DNA of 64,000 nucleotides from Lytechinus pictus (Eukaryota): NCBI RefSeq assembly GCF_037042905.1, contig NC_087252.1, positions 22,198,001 to 22,262,000 of the forward strand, read 5' to 3'. Shown piece by piece: positions 1 to 12,131 of this stretch (position 1 is its first letter; each line of letters starts with the position of its first letter). The notes under the pieces were generated by a model. It saw only the letters and a program-made list of their open reading frames with translations, ran no database searches and was not told where the DNA came from. The position numbers and the translations under genes were made by a program.

Positions 1-1
1 G

Positions 2-1522
2 GTTACTTGTGGATGACAGATTCAAGAGCAGTTTTAACACTTCATCAGGTTTAGCATGCTCAAAATCAAATTCATATATGCACTGTGGTTGGTTCCAGTT
101 AATATCCTTTTCTTTGTAATTAAAATTTTTGCCTACATTAATAAAATAATCATTCATTGTGTTACAGTCTAATTCAGCTGGAACATCATTTTTGTTTTTT
201 GTATTTCCAGTCATCAAAGTAAGTTCATTCCATAATTTCTTTGGATCATGTTTATATTTAGTGGAAATCTCGGAAAAGTATTGACGTTTAGATTTTCTTA
301 TTAATTTAGTAATTTGATTTCTTACAATACGATATTCTTTAACATGATGAAGATTATCTACCGCTTTGGATTTACAATATTTTCTTTTCAAGAAATCACG
401 CCGGTACATAAGATCAATAATTTCACCAGTTATCCACGGAGAGTAACGTTCTTTAACTCTGATAACTTTAAGGGGAGCATGTTTATGACATATATCAAGG
501 AAAATATTTTTCCAACTCTTCCATACGGTATTTATGTCATCGTTGCACGAAAAATTATCATTGCATATTGAACTTTTGGATAAATCATCAAGAAATAACT
601 TTTGGTCAAATTTTTTATAATTCCTGAAACGCACTGTTTTATGGCTAGTAGACTCATTTCTAAAATTAAGACATGTATAAGTCAAGTAGTGGTCGCTGAG
701 AGAAATCGGTGCAACATTTGTTATTAAATGATCATTAGGATTAGTTGAAAAAATATGGTCAATACATTTGGATGTTGTCAGAGTTACCCTTGTGGGTTTA
801 TTTACCAGTTGAGTTAGAAGAAAAAGGTTCTCCATGTCATCAATATTTTTTTTCCCACTACATTTGGTATCAAAATAATCAATATTAATATCACCAAGTA
901 TACACAATTTCTTATTGTCAATCGATGCCAATTCTAAGACATTGAATAAATGATCAAAGAATTCGGACTGAGAATTTGGAGGTCTATATAAGCAGCTTAT
1001 AATCAAACTTTCGTGTTTTAATTTTAATTCTATCCATAATGCTTCTAGGGAATCATGCTCTAAATCATGCCGTCGACAAAAAGATAAAGTACTACGAATA
1101 TACATACATACTCCACCTCCACGTTTACTACTTCTATCTAATCTTAATAAACTGTAATTATCGATATTAATCATATCATCTTTTATTGCATTGCTCAACC
1201 ACGTTTCGGATATACATAAGATATCAAGTTCTAGTTTTTTTAATAGAAAGCTAATTTCATCAAGTTTACCAAAAATACTTCGAACATTCATATGGGCAAT
1301 TTTAAGACTATTATATTTCCGAAGAATATCAGCATGAATTTCATAAGCACAGTTATTTGATTGATAACTATCAGTTGAAAAACTATCATCATGACGTGAA
1401 ACAGAGTTAATTTCAGTTGTTGGAGACGTATAATTACATTGGTTAATTGAAGAGTCATGCGGAGCAAGATATGGGTTACAGTGAGAAGAGTTGAATTCGG
1501 CTCTCTCATCTTGGCCGAAGAC
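2..1522 (-). CDS. LINE ORF2, AP-endonuclease domain and linker (incomplete at window edge)
   Basis: Manual translation: IAHMNVRS..DILCISETWL..RGGGVCMY..CLYRPP..ILGDINID..KPTRVT..CIDHIF..LSDH..KHAPLK..PWIT. No stop was seen in the stretch translated, and the frame appears to run off the window edge. First ATG (1289-1291) lies inside the first EN strand. Confidence 0.9.
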
Positions 1523-2830
1523 CTAATATTCTAACAAACAGGACTTTGCTTTATGTCCTAACCTAAAACAACGGCGACATTGGAGCCGAAAACTATAACG
1601 GCATCGAGAACTGTTATGATTGTATTCACCACAGTTATAACAACCTGAGTAATCCTTATAATAATCAGATTGATCAGGATGAATGGACTCTTTGACTGTA
1701 TCAGCAAAGGAACGGGTCTGTGGATCAGAAGACATGTATGCCTGTTGACGTTGAAATATAGCATCATCATTTCTAAGATCGTTTCTATGGTCATCCTTGA
1801 AGTGGTTACGCTGATCGTCTTGGTACGACTGTCGCGATGTAACTGAAGGCATGTAAGCATTATGGTAAGACCTGACATTGCTTCTGTTAGGGATTCTTTG
1901 AAGTCCTTGTTGATTTCTTGTCGAAGTATAAAATGACGGGTTAGTGGATGTATTTGACCGTATAAGACGAAAACGCTAATTTCTTTGATTGCTATCATTT
2001 CTTAGTTGATCATTAGCTGGTTTCGTCGTTAACTCGAGTGGAAATCCGTGACTTGATCCATCAAAAGGAGTTGTTTGGGTGCCATGGCTACGTAAGTCAT
2101 TACTCAGTGGAACATCAGATGTTTTGGTTGCTGACTCAAGCTTCTCATTCACAGGTAGGTGTGTATCACTATATTCAATATCAGTATCAAAAGGTGTTTG
2201 GGTACCATGACTACGAAGATCAGACGATTCTTTGCTCGTGGTTAGAATTCCAATCTGATTCCGAAGATCATCAATGTCATGCGCTAGGTCAACAATCTTT
2301 TGAGCAAGATGCACATCATCAAGTGGGCCAAAGGAACAAGCAAAAGAAGTTGATATATCACCAGGTTGACTATCATCAACGGGATGCGAAGAATCCAAGT
2401 TATCCAATACTGGAACATTCGGCTCAGTGTTCTTGTTATGCAAATTAGAAGTAAGGAGAGTCTCAGAAGACGGCGATGTGGAGAATGTTCTGCGGCTAGC
2501 ATTGTCATGTAAATCGGTTGTTGGGAGTGTCTCGGAAAACGGCGATGTGGCGAATCTTCGGCGGCCATCTTGTATGGAAATAATGCAAAAATGGCGTGCG
2601 ATGGTTTTATTCATATTTGGGTATATGGAAGTTAATTCATGAGTAAAATAGTCAAGTTCATCTTCTTCGAGAATGGCTTCTTCAATATTCCCTTTAGTTA
2701 AATGAGTTAAGGCAATATTTATACTTGTAATAGTAATGTGTTTAGGCAGTTTATATTTGAATTCGTTCGAACCCTGAGTTCCACAACAAGTATTGGTTTT
2801 CAGGCAAGATTTCGATTTAGACCGGGTCAT
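1523..2830 (-). CDS. LINE ORF1 (gag-like, two CCHC zinc knuckles), split by one in-frame TAG at 1976-1978
   Basis: ORFs 1976-2830 and 1523-1852 share a frame and the gap between them is open. Motifs CYNCGEYNHNSSRC and CRRCFRLGHKAKSC; internal duplicated peptide DLRSHGTQT. Confidence 0.8.
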
Positions 2831-3249
2831 ATCGAGTGATAAAGATGTGAATAATAATGAAGATAAATCAATAAGATATCTAGCAGAATCGAGGTGTAAT
2901 ATTTACCCTGGACTTGAGGTGTTAGTCCACATGAGTCAAATGAATCTGGCCCGGAATCTGGTCACTGTTGATACAAGACAATGTTATATGCATGTGGGAC
3001 TACGTAGCTGCTATAATGTGCTAGATGATATGTCGGGTGGTAGATGTAATTCCAAAGAGTACAAATTTGAGATTAATTCTCTGATGAAGACATCCGAAAG
3101 TATTATAAAGAGCATAAGTAATGAATCCAGGAACATATTCCAGTAAGTACGTAGCAATCCACACACGAGAAATATAAAATTCCACTGTAAAATTCCACTG
3201 TAATTTCCGCTGTTAATTTCCGCTGTTCCGCTGTTCCGCTGTTTACATG

Positions 3250-3334
3250 ATTCAAGAATGCAGCGCTTAGAAACATTTGTATTAAGCGCTATATAAATGT
3301 TGCATATTACTATTATTATTATTATTATTATTAT
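3250..3334 (+). mobile_element. 3' tail remnant of an L2-type LINE/SINE
   Basis: AGCGCTTA...TAAGCGCT stem-loop, then TATAAAT and (TAT)n. Same architecture as 42472-42541. Confidence 0.65.
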
Positions 3335-3374
3335 CTGATACGATCTTCTACGATCACTATAATTCTGCCACGAG

Positions 3375-3789
3375 TAAAGGCGACCGCACACTTTACGATA
3401 GGTCTGCGACCCGATTTTAGAATAAAATGTAGTAGAATTTTATGCTAATATTGAGACATGGAATATCTTACTGTGTAGTGTTCGAAATCATCATACTTAT
3501 GTTCAAATCTGTGACTATGCTATCACCCTTCTTAGAATAAAAGCGAATTTAATATCTAGTCGTAATGACGTCATAGCAGTCGTACGATTGGCTACGATTT
3601 GAAAATAATTTGGCCTTTACTCCAAAATAAAGGCTTGCAATCTTTCAAAATGGTTATATTAGTATTCTTTCATTTAATTCTAACCTCAAATAAAATGATA
3701 TGCTCAATTCACATTTTCAGAAAATGAGCAAAGTGCGTTTTGTTCCAAAATCGGATCGCGAACAGTCGTGAGGTGTGCGGTGGCCTTTA
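3375..3789. mobile_element. MITE with ~40-bp imperfect TIRs
   Basis: TAAAGGCGACCGCACAC...GTGTGCGGTGGCCTTTA; non-coding. Confidence 0.75.
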
Positions 3790-3887
3790 GTCGATAGGAT
3801 TCGATACGATCTTATACGGTCACTATGATCATGCCACGATTAAGACCAAGTTTTCCATTGTGACACAGATCGTGACAGTAGGAACTA

Positions 3888-4178
3888 ATAATAATAATAA
3901 TATAGGTATATTTACCCAGGGTAGCCACTTCAGTTTCGAAAACTGTTCTACCAGCGGGCCCTGCTATTATTATTACCCCGGCTTTAGCTGAGCTGCCTAG
4001 GCGCTCAAGCATTCAAGGAATTTCTTCCTACCGGGTATCCATTCACCTCACCTGGGTTGAGTGCAGCACAATGTGGATGAGTTTCTTGCTGAAGGAAATT
4101 ACGCCATGGCTGGGATTCGAACCAACGACCCTCTGTTTCAAAGTCAGAAGACTAATCCACTGGGCCACAACGCTCCAC
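3888..4178 (-). mobile_element. tRNA-derived SINE, full length
   Basis: Minus-strand A box TGGCCCAGTGG, B box GGTTCGAATCC, (TTA)n tail, GAACTA target duplication. Related copies at 12748 and 13890. Confidence 0.85.
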
Positions 4179-4517
4179 GAACTAGGTATTACGATCAATG
4201 CAATTACCATGACTGAGTCAATAGGATCTGATACGATCTTCTACGATCTTTTACGATCACTATGATTATGCCATGAGAAAGAAGAATGTTTCTATTGTGA
4301 TGCAAATCGTGACAGTAGGAACTAGGTATTACGATCAATACAATTACCAAGACGGAGTCATTAGGATCTGATACGATCTTCTACGATCTTTTACGATCAC
4401 TATGATTATGCCACGAGTAAGACCAATGTTTCTATCGAGCCGCAACTCGTGGCAATATGAACTATGTGTAAATAAGATCTTACTACGAATATACCAACAC
4501 TGACCCCTAACATTTAC

Positions 4518-4658
4518 CTCGTAGATTCCAATCTGTGGAGGAAATGGCACGTCTCTTTCGACCAACCATAACGAGTGGAACCAGTACAGGTGACAATTCG
4601 ATCAAAAGTGCAGCAATCCCACCTATGAGCACTGCTGTTCCTCCTACAACAGCCACGT
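4518..4658 (-). CDS. Saposin-like protein exon 5: hydrophobic segment + GRKRR
   Basis: Acceptor ttatacAG, phase 1. Translates (D)VAVVGGTAVLIGGIAALLIELSPVLVPLVMVGRKRRAISSTDWNLR. Ends at donor GTAAAT, or reads on as GKC to TAG at 4507-4509. Confidence 0.75.
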
Positions 4659-4779
4659 CTGTATAATGTGAAAATTAAAGTAGTGACAAATTTAAGAGGT
4701 ATAAAAAATAAGTAATTCATACCAGTGTTTTAGAATTGGTAAATGGTATTGATTTTTTACCTGATTGCTAAGAAAGCAC

Positions 4780-6154
4780 GATAAACTAGAAACCAGAGGA
4801 CCGACGCACAGTGGGCCATAATGAGTTGAAAGTGCGCCAAAATTATATTCCATGTTATATTTTTACTTTAGCATGTAGATGAAGGGCAATTTTTGGGCGT
4901 AGAATCGACTGAGCATAATTTAAAGCCGATATGACGTCAGTTTGATACCAAATTTTGATTGGCTACTTAAAACCTATCTGTGAGAAGACAAATTACGCTA
5001 AACAATGTGCAGTATTTAAACTTCGTGTTATGTGTTAATCTAAGATTGACCAGCAGAGTGAATGTTGGTTAATGCTTCTTACATGCCTAAAAAGTGTGTA
5101 TGAGATCCTGAAAATAATTTTATGGCATCAAAATGATCATTAGATTTTAAAAAAATACTTAAAAATCTGAAAAAATATTAACCGTGCTTTATCAAGCGGC
5201 GTAGACTTGGGTAAAACGCAGAGTATACACCACGAATGTTTTACTATGAGGAGGGTTTTGGGCTGAAAATATTTTACACGTAACTTTTATCTCTAGAAGA
5301 GGGGCGGGTAGCCCTAATATGCGTTATCAACCTTTATTTCGTTTGCATTATGCCCGGAATTCATGTCATTTTCATGGAAGGGGAATCGTCCCCGCCGTGC
5401 ATAAATGAACGGCAATGTACACCCCACACGGTGCGCTGCGATGACTGCGCGGTATGAAAATAACCGTTTTTGAACAGGTTTTGGGGGTGTTGTGTCAAGT
5501 AAAATGGGCTCTAACATGAAAAAGGGCAAAAACGGGCAGCTAAATTTGGTATCGACTTAAAGCTTACACATCTAGCAAAATGATGATGATAGAAGTGAAA
5601 GGGAAATCCACGGAAATTAGTAAGTGCAAAAAATATGGATTATCAGCCTATTTTGAGGAATAATTATCCTGTAAACCGAGCTCCCGAAATGTGTCTTTTT
5701 ATCTACTTTGCACTCTTTCATACGAAAAAAAGAATTTATCAGGATTCTGTGGGTGCCGATTTAGATTCCTACATGAAAAAACCTTCTGTGAAATGGCTTG
5801 TTTTTCAACTAAGTTGTCATGTACGCGGCATTTCGCAAAATGTCAAATTTTACGATTTGAAGTAGGAAATTAACAACCCTTATGCCAATTTCCCAATGAA
5901 AAATTTTGCTGAAGTATTCTTCAAAGTGTTGTCTTTCAGCTGGGCATGACAAAAAATAAAAATCTGAAATTGCCCAAAATGACTTTTGGCGCATTTTTGT
6001 TTCGCTCCGGCCCACTGTGCGGCTTAAAGTCCTCAGCTGCGAAGGACCTGGTAATGAGGGTTTAAATGCTTTTCCACATCGCACCGATTGGGAATCGAAC
6101 CCGAAATACGGAGCTCCCGCTCTACCGAGTACCGACTGAGCTATCGCACCTCCC
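4780..6154 (-). mobile_element. Degenerate tRNA-derived SINE split by a DNA transposon
   Basis: Head at about 6085-6154 with TAGCTCAGTCGG and GGTTCGATTCCC. Body motif GGACCGACG|GCTTAAAGTCC is rejoined when 4807-6019 and one CG are removed. Confidence 0.6.
4807..6019. mobile_element. Non-autonomous DNA transposon with CACAGTG termini (CMC/Transib-like ends)
   Basis: CACAGTGGGCC...GGCCCACTGTG, with TGCGCCAAAA at the same distance from both ends. Apparent 2-bp TSD (CG). Confidence 0.75.
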
Positions 6155-6577
6155 AATTCTATAAGTATTCCATGTTTACGTTTTGTAATGTTCACTTTTT
6201 TGTTAGTAATGTTATTCAATGAATTTCCTTTTGTAGCAAGATGGATCGATACATAGAGTTATGGCGTTATGACACAATAGCGTAATTTCTTAGCAAACGC
6301 TTTCTGGACCGTTGAAAATCTATTGGAAATGCCCATCAAGTTACAGTGAACAGACTAGAGGTCATTGTCGAAAAATGTGGACCCGGAGAGCAAATCGTCT
6401 TTAAAATTCGGACCAGACGACAATTGCAAATGTTTCGTTTGTGCAGAGTCCAGGACGACACTGCTATTTTGATTTTATCGATTTTCGACAAAGACTGCTT
6501 TGTTATGGAGGGATTTTAACAATAGCTTATCAGCGTTGTAGAACGCGTCTGCGTATAGTGCTTGCGAAAATACACTA

Positions 6578-7030
6578 TTGAATGAACAGACGAATGAATG
6601 AATAAATGGATGAATGAATGAACAAATGGATGAATGAATGGATGATTGAATAAATGGATGGAGGAATGAATAAATGGATGAATAAATGGATGAATGAATG
6701 GATGGATGAATGAATAAATGGATGAATGAATGAATGGATGAATGGATGATTGAATAAATGGATGGATGAATAAATGAATTAGAGAATGAATGAATGAGTG
6801 AATAAATGATTTAATTATTGAATGAGTGAGTGAATGAATGATTAATTGATTGAATGAATGAATAAGTAAATGATTGATTGATTGATTGATTGAATGACTG
6901 ACTGACTGAATGGATGAATGAATTTATAAATGAATGATTGATTAATTGAATGAATAAATGGATAAAGGAGTAAATGGATGAAGGAATGAATTAAAGAATG
7001 AATTAATAAGTAAATAATTGATTTAATGAC
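6578..7030. repeat. (TGAA/TGGA/TGAT)n compound microsatellite
   Basis: Directly visible tetranucleotide repeats in intron 4. Confidence 0.95.
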
Positions 7031-7034
7031 TTAC

Positions 7035-7143
7035 CCCTCACAAATTCAGGGTCTATAGAAACTTCTGGAAAGTGAATATCGTTCCTGGGATAGGACGGTG
7101 GATCCGAACAGAACCCCTTGCTTTTACAAATTTCTTTCGACGA
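7035..7143 (-). CDS. Saposin-like protein exon 4
   Basis: Polypyrimidine tract + tAG acceptor, GTAAGT donor, 109 nt, phase 0->1. SSKEICKSKGFCSDPPSYPRNDIHFPEVSIDPEFVR. Confidence 0.85.
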
Positions 7144-7646
7144 CTATATGCGGAGAAGACAGAAAGTTCGTGTAAAACATGATATAATAGTGTCACGTAT
7201 TGGCTTTATGCAGTGATTAGTGTCATATTTCATCACTTTCCTCTAATTTTGTTTGATTTTTCCTTTTTTCCTTGGTCTTGGAACTAGAGGCAAGCCCCCA
7301 TCTATACTTCAGCGGACTAATATGATTAAGCCTTGATCTCTTATCTACACTGTAAAAAAAATTGGGTAAAATTTTTACCAGCCAGGAGGGTAACTTTGTC
7401 TAACCAATTTGGGGCAGTATTTTATCCAGCGCGCGGGAAACATATTGTCCAGTAAGGTTAAAAAATAAGCAGCAACTACTTTAGAATGGGCAAAATTTTT
7501 TCATCGCACTGGATAAATAAAAATGCCCCCAAAATGCCGAATGTTGGTTAGACATATAATTACCCTCATGGAGCATTTTACCCAATATTTATTTATTTTA
7601 TTATTATTTTTTTTTTGGGGGGGTAAGATGTCTTTGAGGCAATTCT

Positions 7647-7788
7647 GGGGAGCGTTTCATGAAAGGACTTGTCGGATGTTTTATCTGACAAGTTCCATTT
7701 TATGCGACAGTTACCATAGTAACAGTGCTTCTCAGCCAATCAAAATCAAGGAAAGCTGTCAGACAAAAATGTTGATCAAATGCTCCCC
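7647..7788. mobile_element. Short MITE (intact reference copy of the element split at 15947-42605)
   Basis: GGGGAGCGTTTCAT...ATCAAATGCTCCCC TIRs. Confidence 0.7.
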
Positions 7789-8222
7789 TAATTCAATACG
7801 ATAATGCAAGCTAAGCCTTAAGGGGCCGTGAGAAACCATCAATACTCTATCTCCGAATGAGATAGCCTTTAATAGCCAAAGCATTCGGCACTGTTATATT
7901 CCTAAACACGCCCCAAATGCGCCTTAAATCATAGGCTAACATGCGAGGCGATCACTATTTTAAATGCACATTTCCCTAGTCTGTATTTTCAAACCCTGGA
8001 TTGGCATACAAGCAGATGACTGATAATGATCTTCTACATGGTTGAAAATCATGCAGGGATATTCAAATCCCTTGAAATTCATTTCTGATTTTCTTGTTGG
8101 TTAATAATTTCCTTCTTTTCCATACAAAGTAAAAACATTGAATAGTGTATATTTTGCCAATTACCTAAACTACAAATGTTGCGTTGAAATTTACCCTTTA
8201 AAACATGCATTTTGCCCAATGT

Positions 8223-8532
8223 CAGGGTCGGAATTCTCTCCCAAAAGGTAGGGGGACAAGGGGCTGGAAAATTTGACAAGAAAAAAAAGGTTATCACCCC
8301 AAATTTAAGGTCATTTCGTCGAAAATAAATTTGACAAGCAAAAAAAAAGGGTTATCATCCCAAACGTAAGGTCATCTAGTCCTAAAATACATGTTTTATT
8401 TTCATTTTGAATGATGTATTTTTTAGCATCATAAAAGGCCACAAATAGTAGGGGGACATTTGATATTGTGTCCCCCCTACTATTTTGAGTAGGGGGACAC
8501 GTCCCCCTGTCCCCCTGGGATTTCCGCCCATG
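8223..8532. mobile_element. hAT-type MITE
   Basis: CAGGGTCGGAA...TTCCGCCCATG, TSD CCCAATGT/CCCAATAT. Shares terminal sequence with 44064-50981. Confidence 0.7.
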
Positions 8533-8656
8533 CCCAATATGGAGTAAAAATAAATCACCAAGCAAACATGCATGTTTCCATTTTACCCAATATTGGTTAA
8601 AGTTTTTCTCAGTTTTTTCTTGCAGTTTAGGTAGGCATAGGCGATTCAAATATTAC

Positions 8657-8749
8657 CACTACGTTTGAACTGATTTCATTGGCAGCATCAGCCAGGCTTT
8701 CGCACAATTCGTCTTCGTCATCTTGGTCAACTGCATCTCGGCAAGAACG
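8657..8749 (-). CDS. Saposin-like protein exon 3
   Basis: ttttttcttaaAG acceptor, GTAATA donor, 93 nt, phase 0->0. RSCRDAVDQDDEDELCESLADAANEISSNVV. Confidence 0.85.
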
Positions 8750-8849
8750 CTTTAAGAAAAAATAAACCAAAAAGGAATTAAACATTTATCCTGATTTATT
8801 ATTATATACACCTTTGTCTTTTGTTATGTACATGAAATGCAATACTTTT

Positions 8850-9012
8850 ATTATGATGATGACGATATTGGCGAGAGGAGGATGGTGATGAATATAATAA
8901 TAATATCAATAATGATGATGATGATGATAATAATAATAAAGATAATAATGATAATAATAACAATAATAGTGATAACAAAATACAACAACAACAATGATAA
9001 TAATAATATAAT
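8850..9012. repeat. (AAT/GAT)n low-complexity tract
   Basis: Visible trinucleotide repeats. Confidence 0.85.
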
Positions 9013-9035
9013 ATCGCAGTTCTTGTCTGGCGCAC

Positions 9036-9534
9036 CGGATACATTCGTAATTCCGAAGCTTCGTTATTCCGAAGGTTCGCTATTCCGAAGGTTCGTATTT
9101 CCGAAGGTTCGTAATTCCGAAGGTTCGTTAGTCCGAAAACGAAATGAGGTTCGTAATTCCGAAGGTTCGTTAGTCCGAAAACGAAGTGAGGTTCGTCATT
9201 CCGAAGGTTCGTTAATCCGAAAAATAAATGAGGTTTGTAATTCCAAAGGTTCGTTAGTCCGAAAACTAAATGATTAACTAACCTTATTTCGTTTTCGGAC
9301 TAACGAACCTTCGGAACAACGAACCTTATTTCGTTTTCGGATTAACGAACCTTCGGAACATCGAACCTTACTTCGTTTTCGGATTATCGAACCTTCGGAA
9401 TAAAGCCACAAATGTTCGGATTAACGAACCCTTTTACGTTTTCGGATTAACGAACATCGAGGTATAGGCAATTTACGTGTTTCGGAATTTCGAACCTACC
9501 GAATAAAGAACCTTCGGAATTACGAAGTGCAACC
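9036..9534. mobile_element. Fold-back MITE built of TTCCGAAGGTTCG repeats
   Basis: Left half has direct repeats and right half their reverse complement; 8-9-bp flanking duplication (CTGGCGCAC/CTGGCGCTC). Second copy at 16370-16832. Confidence 0.85.
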
Positions 9535-11024
9535 CTGGCGCTCATCACGTAGTGCCCCTATGCCCTTCTAAAAGATTTGAATATTATCATCCCGTCTTTA
9601 TGACTGACCAACAACAATGTGAATAAAAATGATAGTAATGGAAATAACTATGATGATAATAAGAGTGATGACAAAAATGATCATGACATTTTCATTTCAG
9701 TAATGAAAATTATAATGGATGGTCTACATTGGTAGTGATAATACATTACCGGAGGAGATAGGTCGATTGTAGATAGGGCTCGTTTATGCCATGACCCGAT
9801 AATGGCGAGTTATCGCACCGCCACGCACAGCTCTTTCAAGAACATGGATAATATATGGTTGAATGCCATTCATGACAATGAGCAACCAAGAAGACTTTGT
9901 CGAAAATATGGTGGATCAAAGCAGCAGTTTCGTCCAGGAGTCTGAACAATGGACATATTTGAAATTTTGTCTGCTCCATAACTTAGGACCAATTAACTGC
10001 TAATCCGGTTCACCGATTCTCGACAAAGACCTCCTAGCTTTTCATTGTCATTTGACGGACATTTTCAATACTTTTACTGTGTTCTGTAATTCGTTTCTAA
10101 GTGGCGGTGCAGAAAAAGTCGCTAAATTCAGATTCAGATTTATTTCCAACAGAAATGACCTAAATATTAATATAAATCATTTTCACGCATTTATAAAAAA
10201 AAATTACGATACAAATCATTGTCATTATAATCATATTAAAAAAACATCAATAATAATTAACATATAAAAATGAAATTACGTGCATTTTGTAGAATTATGA
10301 ATATATAATTTCAATAGAAAAAAAAGGTATCTGTGGAAATGTGAGATTCACTCAAAAGCACATCTTGTATAATGTGAATCTCCTTAAAGGAAGAGAAAGA
10401 GAGAGAGAGAGAGACGAAATGGTTTATATTTGCCTACGGAGACTCACTGGATACATTAAAACGAACAAGATAACCCACAGAACAAGACAAAAATAAAAAA
10501 AGAGAGAGAGAAAAAAAAAAAAGGAAAGTAAAAATAATCATAGGTTCATTACCACCATTACCTAACATAATCATACGAATGACAAAAAAGAGTAATTTTC
10601 CTGCACGTACTTAGAACACATGCTGGGAGAAGGGAAATATCCTCGATTGATGCAAAAAAAATGACTTTGGATGTCAACTCTCATTCATTTACTCCTCTGA
10701 TAACCAAAAATGTTTTGTTCACTTTAAAACAACCCTTTTTCCTCGAGGAGGAGGGGGCTATGCAGCGAAATTCGGACAATGCTGACGGGGTGGGAGGTGG
10801 GGGGGGGGGGGTACAAAATGAATCCTCAACCGTTGGCACGAGGTCAAATTATCATAATGTAGACATTTTTTCACGATTTATGGGAACGGAGTGGGTCATA
10901 AATCCGTTAAAAAGGAGAAAAAAATATCCTGAAGAGTCTTAGTAAAACTTGTTCTGAGCCAACCCCCCCCCCCCCCACCCTCAAGAAAAAAGAAAGAATA
11001 AAATATCAGGGGAAAACACTATAC

Positions 11025-11107
11025 CTCCGTTATATCGGTTCCAATGTCTCTCAAGGCATTCACAGCAGCTTTGCATGCTTCACAAGTAGGCGTGCCTTGT
11101 GCATGAT
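11025..11107 (-). CDS. Saposin-like protein exon 2
   Basis: ccttcccttttgcAG acceptor, GTATAG donor, 83 nt, phase 1->0. (D)HAQGTPTCEACKAAVNALRDIGTDITE. Confidence 0.85.
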
Positions 11108-11687
11108 CTGCAAAAGGGAAGGTAAAAATGTGTCAAGAGCAAGATTAGTAACTGTTGTGGTTGGTATCCATGTAGGTCACAGACGTACTAAGGGAAAGTC
11201 GAGGTAAATGAAATAATGGTCTGTTAGAAAAAAATCAATCAAATTTTCCCTTAGGGCGTCTTTATTATATCATGACTCAATTAAGTCAACAGTATCAACG
11301 CAGAGCGCAAAGCGCAAATGGTTAAAAAGAAAGTGCGAAGCGCAGCAGGACGAACAAATGTATTAAGAGATATAGAAACATGAGAAAAGGGGGTAATTGG
11401 GAAGAAAGAAATAAAAAAAGACGGGGAGGCGAAAGAATACTAAGAGGGTAGAAAGAGCGAATAATCAGAAAAGAGGGGAAAGTGGAAATATATAAGGAAA
11501 GCGGAACGGACAGAAATGAAAAAAAGGATCACAAACGAAAAAAAATAAAATAAAAAAGAAATAACGAGAGATGTTATGTGGCTCTGAACCGGAGATGTAA
11601 AACACAATACCATCTGATTGTGATTTCTTGCATAATCAGCCCCAAACATTCTCCGATTTTAAAACCGCCACACGACCCCTTAATCCG

Positions 11688-12032
11688 CTTTTTATATAGC
11701 GCTTAATACAATCGGAACGACGTGTCTAAGCGCTTTACAGATATATTATTACCCCGGTCATCGGATTCGATCAGTCATTCCCGCACACAATGTATGCACA
11801 TCCTCCACTCCCTTAGGAGTATTCAAGTCAGTCGCCGGTGAGGCGCACACAGTACTGGACAAGCTACAATGACTTTCACATCCTACCGGGTACCCATTTA
11901 GCACCTGGGTCGAGAGTGGCAAAGTGTGGATTAACGCCTTGCCAAAGGACACCAGACCGCGGTGGGATTCGAACACACGACCCTCTATTTACAAGTCGAG
12001 AGTCAGAACCACTACACGACTACTCCTCCCCC
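11688..12032 (-). mobile_element. tRNA-derived SINE with L2-type 3' stem-loop, in intron 1
   Basis: B box GTTCGAATCCC on the minus strand; shares ACCGGGTACCCATT..CACCTGGGT core with the other SINEs; AGCGCTTA...TAAGCGCT tail. Confidence 0.8.
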
Positions 12033-12070
12033 TTAATATTCTGATCACACAGAATAAGAGAACACCCTAC

Positions 12071-12131
12071 CTGTTCCTACGAGAAGGACTGCAAGCACGA
12101 TGGCGCTGGTGAAGAACACGGCCTTCGTCAT
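12071..12131 (-). CDS. Saposin-like protein exon 1 (signal peptide)
   Basis: ATG in ccatcATG context; MTKAVFFTSAIVLAVLLVGT; donor CAG|GTAGGG, phase 1. Confidence 0.85.

Larger units (their letters stand above)
1..3250 (-). mobile_element. Non-LTR retrotransposon (CR1/L2-group-like LINE), 5' part; runs off the left edge
   Basis: ORF1 with two CCHC knuckles followed by an AP-endonuclease ORF2. Short TTCC(A/G)CTGT repeats at 3180-3246 mark the likely 5' end, which abuts another LINE's 3' tail at about 3250. Confidence 0.85.
3334..4470. repeat. Degenerate ~140-bp tandem repeat interrupted by a MITE and a SINE
   Basis: GATACGATCTT..ACG(A/G)TCACTAT..TGCCA(C/T)GA recurs near 3337, 3804, 4230 and 4370. 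Confidence 0.65.

Noticed and set aside
4100..4178. tRNA genes (also ~6085-6154, ~11955-12030, ~12750-12820)
   Set aside because: A/B boxes are present but they continue into SINE bodies and tails and lack a proper acceptor stem.
4344..4720. ORF-track peptides 4344-4565 and 4514-4720
   Set aside because: Wrong frames; the splice-phase-consistent third frame encodes exon 5.
7348..8628. CACTG-ended element spanning intron 3
   Set aside because: Left end CACTGTAAAAA is clear, but the right end and TSD are too degenerate to delimit.
9036..9534. Repeat array with ORF 8837-9277
   Set aside because: The ORF is microsatellite plus MITE repeats; a second copy with a TSD shows it is a mobile element.
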